A stretch of DNA of 64,000 nt from an uncultured Rhodobiaceae bacterium (GCA_913030915.1 CAJWEW010000002.1:5906-69905), one strand, 5' to 3'. Shown: positions 19,428 through 30,107, counted from the first letter of the stretch. Notes: generated by a model from the sequence alone, not told the origin. Program-made: numbers and translations.

Positions 19428-20348
19428 TTATAAGTCTGATGTAAAAAGCTTATTCAGACAATTTGGAGCGTTAACAGCAAGCCTATTTTTATTCATGGAA
19501 ATAAACACAAGAACTATAATCGTAACAAGGTATGGCATCATTGACATATACTGCGCACCAATGTTGACACCAACAGCTTGAACATGCAGTTGAATGATTG
19601 TAATGCCCCCAAATATATATGCACCAACCAAAACCCAAAGAGGTCTCCAAACTGCAAATACGACTATGGCTAGCGCGATCCATCCACGACCTGCTGTCAT
19701 ATTCTCAACCCACATTGGAGTTTGAACAAGGGAGAGATAAGCGCCGCCCAGACCTGCGCATGACCCCCCAAAAATTATTGCAAGTGATCTTACCATTTTA
19801 ACAGAGTATCCAAGAGAGTGTGCAGAGTCATGACTATCTCCAATTGCAGTTAGTACAAGGCCAAGTTTAGTCTTGTTTAAAAAATAATACACAGACACAA
19901 CAATTATAATTGATAGATATATTAAATAATCGAAATTGAATAAAAGGCTTCCTATAATTGGAATTTCCGTGAGTAAGTATACATCAAAGACTGGAAAAGC
20001 ATTTAAGCTTATTCCTGAATACGTTTGACCAATTAAAGACGCCAAGCCGAGGCCAAATAACGTTAGGGCAAGCCCCGTTGCAACTTGGTTGCTTAAAAGA
20101 TATTGCGTCAACAAACCAAATAGTGATGCGATAAGCCCTGCCGAGATTACTGCAGCTATAAGACCTAAAAAATGACTCCCAGTCTCATATGTCACTATAA
20201 AACTAGTCACAGCACCGATAATCATCATCCCTTCAACGCCAAGATTTAATACACCTGATTTCTCCACAACAAGTTCTCCAACAGCGGCAAGTACGAGGGG
20301 CGTAGATGCTACTATAATACCTTGAAATATTGCAATAAATAAATCCAT
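19428..20348 (-). CDS. ABC transporter permease (nucleoside/CUT2 family)
   Basis: GELVVEKSGVLNLGVEGMM, MTAGRGWIALAIVVF. Confidence 0.92.
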   Translation of the reverse strand: MDLFIAIFQGIIVASTPLVLAAVGELVVEKSGVLNLGVEGMMIIGAVTSFIVTYETGSHFLGLIAAVISAGLIASLFGLLTQYLLSNQVATGLALTLFGLGLASLIGQTYSGISLNAFPVFDVYLLTEIPIIGSLLFNFDYLIYLSIIIVVSVYYFLNKTKLGLVLTAIGDSHDSAHSLGYSVKMVRSLAIIFGGSCAGLGGAYLSLVQTPMWVENMTAGRGWIALAIVVFAVWRPLWVLVGAYIFGGITIIQLHVQAVGVNIGAQYMSMMPYLVTIIVLVFISMNKNRLAVNAPNCLNKLFTSDL

Positions 20349-20355
20349 TAAAATT

Positions 20356-21417
20356 TTACCTCATCTTTTTTAGCGATACTTCATACTTCGTAAAGGCTTC
20401 CGCAGCTAGCAATGAAAATAATAAGACTCCTTGAAAAACACCCGTTATTGCATTCGGCAGTCCAAGCCTAATTTGCGCAGCTTCACCACCAATATAGGTT
20501 AGCGCTAACAATAATCCTGCAAAAAAAATTCCAAATGGATTCAGCCTGCCAAGAAAAGCTACAATTATTGCAGTAAAACCATAACCAACTGGTATTGCTG
20601 GCACTAACTGACCAACGGGACCCGAAACTTCAATTACGCCAGCTAAACCTGCAAATGCACCAGAAATTATGAAGCTAAGATAAACCATGTAATTGGCTGT
20701 CCTGCCTGAAAACACTAATGCTCTTGTAGACTCCCCAGATACTTTAACATGAAATCCAAATTTATGTCTCTTCAAAAGATAGTGCATCAAACCAGCCAGA
20801 AATAATGCGATTAGAAAACCAATATGCGCCCTCGTACCAGGGAATATTATAGGTAAAGTCCCTGAGTCATGAAACAGCCTACTCTCTGGAAAATTAAACC
20901 CCTCGGGGTTTTTTAATGGGCCGTAAACCATTCCACTCAAGAATAATATGGCAACATAGGTTAGCATAAGACTTACAAGAATTTCATTCGTATTAAATCG
21001 AGCTTTAAAAAATGCAGGAATCATACCCCATAAAATTCCACCACCTATGGCAATGAAAAAAGACAATGGCAAAATCCAAATACCAGAGGTTGGGTAAAAC
21101 GCTAGTATAGCAGCGCCACCAAAAAGTGCGCCAATTGTGAATTGACCTTCAGCCCCAATATTCCATACCCCAGCTCGAAAACCTATCGATAACCCAAGTG
21201 CAATAATTATTAGCGGGGTTGCCTTTACAATTAGCTCTGATAGTCCAAAAACAGATAAAAGAGGCTCAATAAAAATAATAAAAATTGCTAAAAATGGATT
21301 TTTTCCAATTAATAAAAATAAAATAAATACAAATATTAGCGAGCAACCAATCGCAATTAAAGGAACGGTATAAAGACTCGATTGATCAATTGTATCTTTT
21401 TTTTGTAGCGTAAACAT
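20356..21417 (-). CDS. ABC transporter permease (nucleoside/CUT2 family)
   Basis: FRAGVWNIGAEGQ, NEILVSLML, GYGFTAIIVAFLGR. Confidence 0.92.
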   Translation of the reverse strand: MFTLQKKDTIDQSSLYTVPLIAIGCSLIFVFILFLLIGKNPFLAIFIIFIEPLLSVFGLSELIVKATPLIIIALGLSIGFRAGVWNIGAEGQFTIGALFGGAAILAFYPTSGIWILPLSFFIAIGGGILWGMIPAFFKARFNTNEILVSLMLTYVAILFLSGMVYGPLKNPEGFNFPESRLFHDSGTLPIIFPGTRAHIGFLIALFLAGLMHYLLKRHKFGFHVKVSGESTRALVFSGRTANYMVYLSFIISGAFAGLAGVIEVSGPVGQLVPAIPVGYGFTAIIVAFLGRLNPFGIFFAGLLLALTYIGGEAAQIRLGLPNAITGVFQGVLLFSLLAAEAFTKYEVSLKKMR

Positions 21418-21426
21418 TTTTATAAA

Positions 21427-22917
21427 TTACTTTGCCATCTCTATGGCGATATCTTCAGGTGTAATCATATTTACATCATATGGCTTTGACATTACCCCAT
21501 TAGAAATTATAGCTATCCTGTGACAAATAGATCTCAATTCATCCATATCTTGTGATATAACAAGAATTGTTGATCCTGAGTTAGATATCTCGATTAAGAA
21601 ATTATGTATTAAGCTTGCAGACCCAACATCAACCCCCCATGTCGGCTGCTCACAGACTACGAGTTTTGGCATTTTTATGATTTCTCTACCAACGACAAAT
21701 TTCTGAAGATTCCCACCCGAAAGACTCGAAGCAAGAGATCCAGCATCATTACATTGAACATTAAATTTCTTTATTACTTCGCATGTCTTATCATCTGCAT
21801 AATTAGTGTCAATAACACCATTTGAAAAGAAATTATGATCCCAAAGATTTGTCAATAACAAGTTTTCTGTAAGGGATAAGCTACTCACGGCACTGTGCCC
21901 TAATCGATCTTCAGGTATAAAAACGATTTCTCTCCGTCTACGTTCGTTTATGTCTAATGAGCTAATATCCTCATTTTGATATAAAATCTGATTTCCATCA
22001 GTTAAGCCCACCTCCCCTGACAATACTTTCATAAGTTCAGTTTGCCCATTACCTGAGATACCGCCAATTCCAAATATCTCACCAAAATTTACACTAAATT
22101 TAATTTCTTTAAGAGAGGTGCCGTAGATATCTGGGTTGGTATAAGAAATATTTTTTATATCCAGAACATGCCCCTGTTTTGGCTCAGATAATTTAATCTT
22201 ATTATCAATTGCCTTACCAACCATCAATTGTGCAAGCTCGTTAATTGTAATACCTGCGGTGTCACAACTTTTTACAACTTTGCCGTTTCTTAATATAGTT
22301 GATGTATCACAAAGCTCTTTTATCTCATGCAGCTTGTGCGAAATATAAAGTACAGCCATACCTTGTTCAGATAGCTTTCTTAAGAAGTTGAAAAGTTTTT
22401 CTACTTCTGATGGATTGAGAACAGATGTTGGCTCATCCAAAATCATAATTTTAGGATCTTGGAGCAGGCATCTGATTATTTCTACTTTTTGTTTTTCACC
22501 AGCTGATAGTATTGCTACAGTCTTATTTACATCAATGTGCAGATCGTACTCATTTTGTAAATAATCGAGCCTCTCTAGAATGCTATCTTTTTTTAGATTA
22601 CCCTTTTGCCCTAGCATTATATTATCAAGCACTGATAAACTCTCAAAGAGTGAAAAGTGCTGAAAAACCATTCCAATACCCTCATTTCGTGCAGCCTCAG
22701 GAGTATCAGGCTCATAGCGTTTCCCATTAAGGATCATCGAGCCATGATCCGGTTTGACGATACCGTATATGATTTTTACCAATGTGGACTTTCCTGCACC
22801 ATTTTCACCCAACAGCGCATGTATTTGACCCTGCCTCAGATATAGAGAAATATCATTGTTTGCTTGAATATGAGAAAATGATTTAGATACACCATCAATT
22901 TCTAGTATGTTTTGCAT
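21427..22917 (-). CDS. ABC transporter ATP-binding protein (tandem ABC domains)
   Basis: GENGAGKST, LSAGEKQ, ILDEPT and a second degenerate domain with LSGGNLQK and QPTWGVDVG. Confidence 0.93.
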   Translation of the reverse strand: MQNILEIDGVSKSFSHIQANNDISLYLRQGQIHALLGENGAGKSTLVKIIYGIVKPDHGSMILNGKRYEPDTPEAARNEGIGMVFQHFSLFESLSVLDNIMLGQKGNLKKDSILERLDYLQNEYDLHIDVNKTVAILSAGEKQKVEIIRCLLQDPKIMILDEPTSVLNPSEVEKLFNFLRKLSEQGMAVLYISHKLHEIKELCDTSTILRNGKVVKSCDTAGITINELAQLMVGKAIDNKIKLSEPKQGHVLDIKNISYTNPDIYGTSLKEIKFSVNFGEIFGIGGISGNGQTELMKVLSGEVGLTDGNQILYQNEDISSLDINERRRREIVFIPEDRLGHSAVSSLSLTENLLLTNLWDHNFFSNGVIDTNYADDKTCEVIKKFNVQCNDAGSLASSLSGGNLQKFVVGREIIKMPKLVVCEQPTWGVDVGSASLIHNFLIEISNSGSTILVISQDMDELRSICHRIAIISNGVMSKPYDVNMITPEDIAIEMAK

Positions 22918-22984
22918 CTTTAATAAATATCACAAATAATTGGTGTCTAGAAATCATATATAAATATATACAAAGAAAATGATA

Positions 22985-23061
22985 TGGCGACCCCGCGAGG
23001 ACTCGAACCTCGGACCTTCAGATTAGAAATCTACTGCTCTATCCAACTGAGCTACGGGGCC
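22985..23061 (-). tRNA. tRNA-Arg(UCU)
   Basis: GGCCCCGTAGCTCAGTTGGATAGAGCAGTAGATTTCTAATCTGAAGGTCCGAGGTTCGAGTCCTCGCGGGGTCGCCA; cloverleaf, anticodon TCT, encoded CCA. Confidence 0.93.
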
Positions 23062-23067
23062 AATAAT

Positions 23068-23373
23068 TTAGTGTGTCCATTTATCTTTTCTATCAAATCT
23101 AAAATTATCTGAGTATAACTTACTCCTATATGTTTTTTCTTTCTCAGGGATAATTTCATATTCAATATTATTTCTTTTGGCGTAGTTTATTGCTTGATCA
23201 ACATCATCGAATAATAACTTAACTTGCTCATTAGTATCTTGGGAACCAGTCCAGCCCATCAGAGGCTCCCTAATTATATCTTTTTGTTTGTGATATTCAA
23301 AAACCCACTTTTTTGTTTTTCCAAGACCTGATTGCATTGATGTTTTTGCGGGTTTATAGATCTTTGCTTTCAT
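23068..23373 (-). CDS. ETC complex I accessory subunit (NDUFS4-like)
   Basis: KIYKPAKTSMQSG, EPLMGWTGS, AINYAKRN; sits between tRNA-Pro and tRNA-Arg, as is common in alphaproteobacteria. Confidence 0.92.
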   Translation of the reverse strand: MKAKIYKPAKTSMQSGLGKTKKWVFEYHKQKDIIREPLMGWTGSQDTNEQVKLLFDDVDQAINYAKRNNIEYEIIPEKEKTYRSKLYSDNFRFDRKDKWTH

Positions 23374-23399
23374 TGTATCAAATTATTAGTTCTTATAAA

Positions 23400-23476
23400 T
23401 GGTCGGGGCGGAGAGATTCGAACTCCCGACCCACTGGTCCCAAACCAGTTGCGCTACCAGGCTGCGCTACGCCCCG
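23400..23476 (-). tRNA. tRNA-Pro(UGG)
   Basis: CGGGGCGTAGCGCAGCCTGGTAGCGCAACTGGTTTGGGACCAGTGGGTCGGGAGTTCGAATCTCTCCGCCCCGACCA. Confidence 0.97.
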
Positions 23477-23641
23477 TATAGTGATATATATAACAATTGT
23501 TTATTATATGGAATAAAAAAATAACAATAAGGACAGGTCCGCCACAAATCCATGTAATTATATATAACATTGATTCTCAATAATTATCAAAAGCTAAATT
23601 TTGGGTTTAATTACATTATGAAAATATGTGTGCAAAAAAAA

Positions 23642-23716
23642 TGGCGCTCCCTAGGGGAATCGAACCCCTCTTTCAAGGTTGAAAACCTTGCGTCCTAACC
23701 GATAGACGAAGGGAGC
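23642..23716 (-). tRNA. tRNA-Glu(UUC)
   Basis: GCTCCCTTCGTCTATCGGTTAGGACGCAAGGTTTTCAACCTTGAAAGAGGGGTTCGATTCCCCTAGGGAGCGCCA. Confidence 0.97.
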
Positions 23717-23727
23717 GTGTTAATTGT

Positions 23728-23756
23728 TATATAAGTATTATATTCGCACTTGCCAA
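23728..23756 (-). promoter_or_regulatory. Putative tRNA-Glu promoter
   Basis: TTGGCA (23751-23756), 17-nt spacer, TATATA (23728-23733), 11 nt upstream of the tRNA. Confidence 0.5.
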
Positions 23757-23765
23757 GCAAGTTTT

Positions 23766-25532
23766 TTATTGCATTATTGCTGCATCATCAATGATTAATT
23801 GTGGTGTCGATTTATTATTCCAATTATTCATTGTTAACCTGCCAAGAAAATGTATTTTTTTGTTTTGATTTTCTCGCAAGAATTGCCCTAATGGTAAATC
23901 AAAGGACCTAAATGAAATTGCATTTATCCGGAAGCCACTATTATCGACAATCTTTAGCTTAAGATGTTGATTCTTTAATGCGGTAAGCTCTAAGATCCTA
24001 TGTCCTGGAAAGATAAATAATGGCTCCTCAAATGAGTTACCGTAGGGTCCAAGATTAACTATTTTTTCAACCAGTTCTTTAGTAACTGCAGATGCCATTA
24101 GAAGTCCGTCAACTCTAATAATCTTCTTTTCAATCTGACCCGTATCTAGTCGATTCCCCGCAATAAAATCCCTAAATAGACTCAAATTTTTGCGATGCAG
24201 TTTGAAACCCGCTGCCATTTTGTGCCCGCCGCCAGATATTAATATTTCATTTGATAGAGCATCATTTATTAAACCTCCAATATTTACGTCACCCCAGGAT
24301 CTAGCAGAACCAATTAGAATATCTCTCTTATCTGGGAGGGAGGTCATAACGCAGGAAGGTTTATGGTATCTATTTGTAAGACGTGAAGAAATAAGGCCAA
24401 TCACACCAATATGTAATGCATCAAGTTCTAAGGCAATAATTGAGTCCTTTTTGTAATTATTTTCATACTCCTCAATTGCTAAATCAAGACAATATTGTTC
24501 TTTTGATTTCCTTGACTCATTTAGAGCCATCAGCTCCTCAGTAATCCGATCAGCAACCGAGGCGCTATCGGATGTGAGTAGCTGAAAGCCAAGATAAGAT
24601 CGACCCATTCTACCGCCTGCGTTAATCATTGGGCCGATCAAATAACCAATATCTTGATAAGAGATATTACTTTGTGAGTTTTTTTGATTCAGAATTGAAT
24701 TAATACCAAAATTATTATACTTACCATATAGTTTCAAACCTTGTTTAACAAAGGCTCTGTTCAGTTTCCAAAGTGGGACCACATCTGCGATAGTTGCCAT
24801 CGCAACTAAAGGCACAAATTGCAGAAGATCTCTCTCAGATAGACTGTTATTAAAAAAATTCTTTTTTTTCAATTCTCTATTTAATGAAACTATTGCTAAA
24901 AAAACAACCCCCGCTGCTGCTAGATAATTTAAACCACTTTTGTCATCGTCACGGTTTGGATTCACATTTGCAAACCCAATATCAAGTTGGTCTGTCTGAT
25001 GATGATCGAATATAATAATATCCAAGTCATTCTTTTTAGAAATTAAATCTACTGAATTTGATCCACAGTCTACTGTGATAATTAAATTTATATTGTCTCG
25101 CTCAAATTCTTCTAAAAACCTCAGATTTGGCCCATAACCATCATTAAAACGATCTGGTATTTTGACAATCACAGGGCAATATGGTTGTAGATAGCTAAAT
25201 AAGATGCTTGCAGATACGAGACCGTCAACATCATAATCACCAATAATTCCAATTGGCTCTCTATTCAAAACCGCGTTGCTTATTCTTTTTATCGCTGTTT
25301 CCATATCATTGATTAAAGCGGGGTCGGGCATATTATTTTTTAGTGTATGATCGAGAAATATTGCTAACTCAGGTCCTTCAATACCTCTATTTACAAGTAT
25401 AGATGCAACAAGCTTCTCAATATCAAAGCCATTTGTGATCTGATTTTTAACTTCATTATTGATAGGTTTATAGCTCCAAGTATTATTCGATACGGAGTTG
25501 ATGCTGTCAAAGTTTGTGGATTGAATATCCAT
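23766..25532 (-). CDS. recJ: ssDNA-specific exonuclease RecJ
   Basis: GDYDVDG, TVDCG, DHH, ATIADVVPL, GGGHKMAAG. Confidence 0.95.
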   Translation of the reverse strand: MDIQSTNFDSINSVSNNTWSYKPINNEVKNQITNGFDIEKLVASILVNRGIEGPELAIFLDHTLKNNMPDPALINDMETAIKRISNAVLNREPIGIIGDYDVDGLVSASILFSYLQPYCPVIVKIPDRFNDGYGPNLRFLEEFERDNINLIITVDCGSNSVDLISKKNDLDIIIFDHHQTDQLDIGFANVNPNRDDDKSGLNYLAAAGVVFLAIVSLNRELKKKNFFNNSLSERDLLQFVPLVAMATIADVVPLWKLNRAFVKQGLKLYGKYNNFGINSILNQKNSQSNISYQDIGYLIGPMINAGGRMGRSYLGFQLLTSDSASVADRITEELMALNESRKSKEQYCLDLAIEEYENNYKKDSIIALELDALHIGVIGLISSRLTNRYHKPSCVMTSLPDKRDILIGSARSWGDVNIGGLINDALSNEILISGGGHKMAAGFKLHRKNLSLFRDFIAGNRLDTGQIEKKIIRVDGLLMASAVTKELVEKIVNLGPYGNSFEEPLFIFPGHRILELTALKNQHLKLKIVDNSGFRINAISFRSFDLPLGQFLRENQNKKIHFLGRLTMNNWNNKSTPQLIIDDAAIMQ

Positions 25533-25539
25533 TATTTGG

Positions 25540-26487
25540 TTATATTAGATTTTTATATTCGGTTTTAAGACGCCGCACTGTACCGTTATTCGATCTCATA
25601 ACAAGCGTTTCTACAAAAACCCTTCCATCTTGAAAAACAACGCCATTTACCAATGATCCGTCAGTAACCCCGCTAGCTGAGAATATAACGTCCTTGGAAA
25701 CTAGGTCATTCAGCTTGTAAACTATATTTACGTCCGTAATACCCATTTTGACTGCCCGCTTCTCTTCATCGGGATTATTGATTAAAATTCTCGATTGCAT
25801 CTGACCCCCAATACATTTCAATGCCGCCGCAGCCAATACTCCTTCGGGGGCCCCTCCGATACCAATGTACATATCAACATTAGTCACGGCAGGGTCTGTT
25901 GTAGCTATTACACCCGCTACATCACCGTCTTGAATCAAATGAACTGATGCACCTGTGCTTCTAACTGAGTCAATATGCTTTGAATGCCTTTCACGATCCA
26001 ATATACAAACACCTATTTCACTGGGGTCAACACCTTTTTCTTTTGCGATTGACAAAACATTATCAGCCGGCGAGGCATCGAGATTGATTATGTCCTCTGA
26101 ATACCCCGGCCCGACGGCAATCTTATCCATATAAGTATCGGGGGCATTAAGCATTCCCCCTGACTCTGAAACCGCAATAACCGCTAAAGCATTCGGCATA
26201 GACTTTGCGCATAGTGTTGTACCCTCTAGGGGATCAAGTGCAATATCAGCTTCAGGTCCATTACCCGCGCCAACTTTTTCTCCAATATATAACATTGGAG
26301 CCTCGTCTCTTTCGCCTTCTCCAATAACAACAGTACCAAACATCTTTATTGAGTTCAATTGTGTTCGCATAGCGTCTACAGCCGCTTGATCTGCTAATTT
26401 TTCATCACCCTTACCACGCAATTTTGCTGCAGCAATTGCTGCAAATTCAGTGACTCTAACTATTTCGAGGGTAAATTCCCTATCCAT
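25540..26487 (-). CDS. glpX: Class II fructose-1,6-bisphosphatase
   Basis: VIGEGERDEAPMLYIGE, DPLEGT, GIGGAPEGVLAAAA. Confidence 0.97.
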   Translation of the reverse strand: MDREFTLEIVRVTEFAAIAAAKLRGKGDEKLADQAAVDAMRTQLNSIKMFGTVVIGEGERDEAPMLYIGEKVGAGNGPEADIALDPLEGTTLCAKSMPNALAVIAVSESGGMLNAPDTYMDKIAVGPGYSEDIINLDASPADNVLSIAKEKGVDPSEIGVCILDRERHSKHIDSVRSTGASVHLIQDGDVAGVIATTDPAVTNVDMYIGIGGAPEGVLAAAALKCIGGQMQSRILINNPDEEKRAVKMGITDVNIVYKLNDLVSKDVIFSASGVTDGSLVNGVVFQDGRVFVETLVMRSNNGTVRRLKTEYKNLI

Positions 26488-26502
26488 AAGACATCCCAGT
26501 GA

Positions 26503-27798
26503 TTAATCTTCAATGGTTATTATATTAGGTGTGGTTGGGCTGTAGTTATTCTTATTAATATCTTCCACAGCTTTGTTTATTGACATGAAATCCGTCGTGC
26601 TTGTAATGATGGTTATCGGTACAAGATTTCTATCTTTCATCTTTTTTGAAATACGTTGGGTAATATCATCTATTGATATTCCGTTTTTCGCCATTGCATT
26701 TGTTATTGATGCCATTGTTCCAGATATATCAGGCAGCAACAATCTCAAATAGAAACGACCGCTCTCAGCAGTCATCTCATTGCTGCTTTTAGAGAGGGAT
26801 TTCAGCGGTATTCCAAGAGATGGATAATTCGTACTGTTGATTATATCAAATAAGTCCCCCATTATTGCCGAAGCTGTTGGATATCTCCCGGCTCCAGGTC
26901 CTGAAAGCAATAACTCATTGAAATAGTTTCCCTTTATAGACACAGCATTTTTTTCCCATTCTATTCCTGCAAGGTCAGACTCTTTAGATAGTAAAGATGG
27001 TCTGACAACTTGTGAGATACGACCATCTTTATTTTTCTTTGCTATGCCCAACAATCTAATAGCGTAGCCGTAATCACTAGCAGCCCTAATATCGTCAAGC
27101 TCTATTGCTTTAATGCCCTGTATTTTTACATGATCAAAATCTATCTCATTACCAAAGCACATGCTTGATAAAATAGATAACTTATGAGCGGCATCATAAC
27201 CTTCAATATCAAAAGTTGGGTCAGCCTCTGCAAAGCCAAGATCTTGCGCCCTTTTCAGGGCATTATCGAAGCTCATGCCATCCTTTTCCATCGACGTTAA
27301 AATGTAATTACAGGTCCCATTTAATATACCATAAATTGCAGATATTGTATTTGATGCGACGCTCTCTTTTAATGTCTTAACGATGGGTATTGAACCTGCA
27401 ATTGCAGCTTCAAATAATAGTTTAGCACCGTTTTTTTCGGCAAGCTCTAATAAATAGTTACCTTTCTTTGCTATGAGTGCCTTGTTAGCTGTAATTACAT
27501 TCTTCCCAGCCCTAATAGCGTTCTCAACAACGTCGAGTGCAACCCCATCTTCTCCACCGATCAGCTCAATAATTATATCTGCATCCTCATTCACTGCCAA
27601 AGATATTGGGTTATCATACCATTGGTATGTATCGATCTGTACTTCCCTTTGTTTGTTTTTATTTTTTGCAGAGACGCCAATTATACTAATTTTTGCATTT
27701 GTCTTTTTTTTAATTAGTGAAATATTATCGTTCAGTATCTTGACAACACCTTGGCCTACACTACCCAGTCCTATAATCCCAACCCTAATGTCAACCAT
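26503..27798 (-). CDS. hom: Homoserine dehydrogenase
   Basis: GLGSVG, TANKA, ILNGTCNYIL, GFAEADP, GPGAG; C-terminal ACT domain. Confidence 0.96.
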   Translation of the reverse strand: MVDIRVGIIGLGSVGQGVVKILNDNISLIKKKTNAKISIIGVSAKNKNKQREVQIDTYQWYDNPISLAVNEDADIIIELIGGEDGVALDVVENAIRAGKNVITANKALIAKKGNYLLELAEKNGAKLLFEAAIAGSIPIVKTLKESVASNTISAIYGILNGTCNYILTSMEKDGMSFDNALKRAQDLGFAEADPTFDIEGYDAAHKLSILSSMCFGNEIDFDHVKIQGIKAIELDDIRAASDYGYAIRLLGIAKKNKDGRISQVVRPSLLSKESDLAGIEWEKNAVSIKGNYFNELLLSGPGAGRYPTASAIMGDLFDIINSTNYPSLGIPLKSLSKSSNEMTAESGRFYLRLLLPDISGTMASITNAMAKNGISIDDITQRISKKMKDRNLVPITIITSTTDFMSINKAVEDINKNNYSPTTPNIITIED

Positions 27799-27810
27799 GG
27801 TAATTAGTAC

Positions 27811-28992
27811 CTAAATATCATTAAACAAATTTTTCTTTATATTTCTTGCAGCCTGACGAATACGATGCTCATTTTCAACTAATGCAATTCTGAGAAACCC
27901 CTCACCTTCACTTCCAAATCCAATACCCGGTGAGACAGCCACTTTTGTTTTTTTTAGTAAAATTTTTGAAAATTCAACTGAACCATATTTCTTATATTTC
28001 TCAGGTATTGGTGCCCATGCGAACATAGATGAAGGCGGTGATGGTATTTCCCAACCCGCATTTGAAAATGATTTTATCAGCGTATCACGTCGGCTCTTGT
28101 AGCATTGCCGTATTTCGTTCACACAATCTTGATTTCCATTTAAGGCTGCGGCTGCGGCAACTTGAATAGGTGTAAAGGCTCCATAATCAAGATACGATTT
28201 CACTCTGATTAATGCAGAAATAATCCTCTCATTACCAACGGCAAAACCAATCCTCCACCCTGGCATTGCATAGGTTTTAGACATTGAGGTGAATTCAACG
28301 GAAATAGATTTAGCACCGTTTACTTGCAATATTGATGGAGGTGGATCCGTATCAAAATAGATTTCTGAATAAGCAAGATCTGATAAAATAATTAATTCAT
28401 GTTTTTTACAAAATGATACAATGTCTTTATAGAAGTCCAGACTTGCATGTAGAGCTGTTGGATTTGACGGATAATTTACAACCAGAACCTTCGGTTTTGG
28501 TTTTGATTTTACGACTTCTTTTTCAAGGCACCTTAAAAAATTTTCATCAGGGGTTGCGGGCATATTTTTTATCACTCCGCCAGATATTATGAAGCCAAAC
28601 TGGTGAATTGGATATGTAGGGTTTGGGGCTAGGATTACATCGCCTGGCGCGGTAATGGCTTGTGCAATATTTGCAAACCCCTCTTTCGACCCCAGCGTTG
28701 CAACAATTTCACTTTCAGGTTTCAACTTTACACCAAATCTCCTGCCATAGTATTTGGCTTGAGCCCTAAGCAGACCTGATATACCCTTTGAAGCGCTATA
28801 TCTATTCGTCTTGGGTTTATTTACAGTTTCAATTAACTTATCTCTAATATGACTGGGGGTTGCCATATCAGGGTTACCCATACCAAGGTCAATTATATCG
28901 TCACCACGTGCACGGTAATTTGCCTTTAATTTGTTAACGCTCTCAAAAACATATGGTGGGAGCTGCTTAATTCTGTGAAATTCTGTACTCAT
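27811..28992 (-). CDS. PLP-dependent class I/II aminotransferase (AlaC/YfdZ-like; often annotated LL-DAP aminotransferase)
   Basis: LPPYVF, DLGMGNPD, NYPSNPT, SDLAY, SMSKTYAMPGWRIGF; conserved upstream of hom. Substrate not resolvable by eye. Confidence 0.85.
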   Translation of the reverse strand: MSTEFHRIKQLPPYVFESVNKLKANYRARGDDIIDLGMGNPDMATPSHIRDKLIETVNKPKTNRYSASKGISGLLRAQAKYYGRRFGVKLKPESEIVATLGSKEGFANIAQAITAPGDVILAPNPTYPIHQFGFIISGGVIKNMPATPDENFLRCLEKEVVKSKPKPKVLVVNYPSNPTALHASLDFYKDIVSFCKKHELIILSDLAYSEIYFDTDPPPSILQVNGAKSISVEFTSMSKTYAMPGWRIGFAVGNERIISALIRVKSYLDYGAFTPIQVAAAAALNGNQDCVNEIRQCYKSRRDTLIKSFSNAGWEIPSPPSSMFAWAPIPEKYKKYGSVEFSKILLKKTKVAVSPGIGFGSEGEGFLRIALVENEHRIRQAARNIKKNLFNDI

Positions 28993-29060
28993 TTTCTATA
29001 AATAATAATTAAACCTGAAAAATTCTATGATAATAATTTTTAATACATATACGCCTAAAA

Positions 29061-30107
29061 TCAAGGAAATATAGATATTTGACCTAAGCCAAGTTCTTCT
29101 GGCCATCCATGGATAAGGTTCATATTCTGTATTGCCTGTCCACTTGAGCCTTTGACCAAATTATCGATCGCTGAGATAATTATCAAAGTTTGGGCAACTC
29201 TACCAGGTATCACAGCAATATCACAATTATTTGTTCCCCTAACATTTATCGTATTTGGCACATTACCGTTGCTCATTATATTTATAAAATTATCATTTCT
29301 ATATTTAGACTGATAGATTTTAATAATTTCATTTAATTCAATATCCTTATTTAACCTAACATGCGATGTTACAAGCTCACCCCTATTCATCGGAACTAAA
29401 TGTGGTATAAAATTAATCTTTATATCATTTTTTGAAAGAAGCATTAATTGTTGCTCAATTTCTATAATATGTCTATGTCCAGTTACAGAATAAGGCCTAA
29501 AGGACTCAGAAATCTCACTAAAAAGTAAGTCTCTTTTTGGGCTCCTGCCGGCGCCACTAACGCCAGACTTTGCATCAATACTTATATGATTCAGGTCTAT
29601 TAAATCATCAGCGATAAGTGGATATAACGCCAGCAATGTTGCTGTCGGATAGCAACCTGGGCAGGCAACCATCCGTGATTTTCTTATTTTTGTTCGATTA
29701 AGTTCTGTTAGACCGTAGACAAATTGGTTTAACTCTTTTATGGATTTATGTTCGAAATTATACCAATATGCATAATCTTTGGCGCTCGATAGCCGGAAGT
29801 CAGCAGATAAATCAATTATTATCTTTTCTGCTGGTAACTGTTGAAATACCTCATGAAAGATGCCATGAGGCAGGCAGCTAAAAATCACATCGACACCAGA
29901 CCAATTTATATCTTCCCATTTTTCAAGGAATAGATCTACTTTCCTATTCAAATAGGGATATATTTCACCAATTCTCTTTCCTGCATGATTATTTGCTGAA
30001 ACATATTTCAAATCAGTCTTCGGGTGGTCCGAGAGCATCCTTATCAGATCTGACCCAGTGTAACCTGATGCCCCTATGACTCCAACATTAATGTCTTTTG
30101 TTGCCAT
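29061..30107 (-). CDS. argC: N-acetyl-gamma-glutamyl-phosphate reductase
   Basis: GASGYTG, IDLSADFR, ACPGCYPT, DAKSGVSGAG, DNLVKGSSGQA. Confidence 0.97.
   Translation of the reverse strand: MATKDINVGVIGASGYTGSDLIRMLSDHPKTDLKYVSANNHAGKRIGEIYPYLNRKVDLFLEKWEDINWSGVDVIFSCLPHGIFHEVFQQLPAEKIIIDLSADFRLSSAKDYAYWYNFEHKSIKELNQFVYGLTELNRTKIRKSRMVACPGCYPTATLLALYPLIADDLIDLNHISIDAKSGVSGAGRSPKRDLLFSEISESFRPYSVTGHRHIIEIEQQLMLLSKNDIKINFIPHLVPMNRGELVTSHVRLNKDIELNEIIKIYQSKYRNDNFINIMSNGNVPNTINVRGTNNCDIAVIPGRVAQTLIIISAIDNLVKGSSGQAIQNMNLIHGWPEELGLGQISIFP

Noticed and set aside
18032-22985. ABC transporter operon starting just 3' of tRNA-Arg as a possible tRNA-integrated island
   Set aside because: No integrase, no duplicated tRNA 3' end seen, and no visible compositional shift.
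23447-23570. Hydrophobic minus-strand ORF MLYIITWICGGPVLIVIFLFHII... between tRNA-Glu and tRNA-Pro
   Set aside because: It has no stop before the tRNA and reads about 30 nt into tRNA-Pro. The SD is weak, and AT-rich DNA readily gives Ile/Leu/Phe-rich frames. The faint W-x-x-G-x-P similarity to tiny membrane proteins is not enough.
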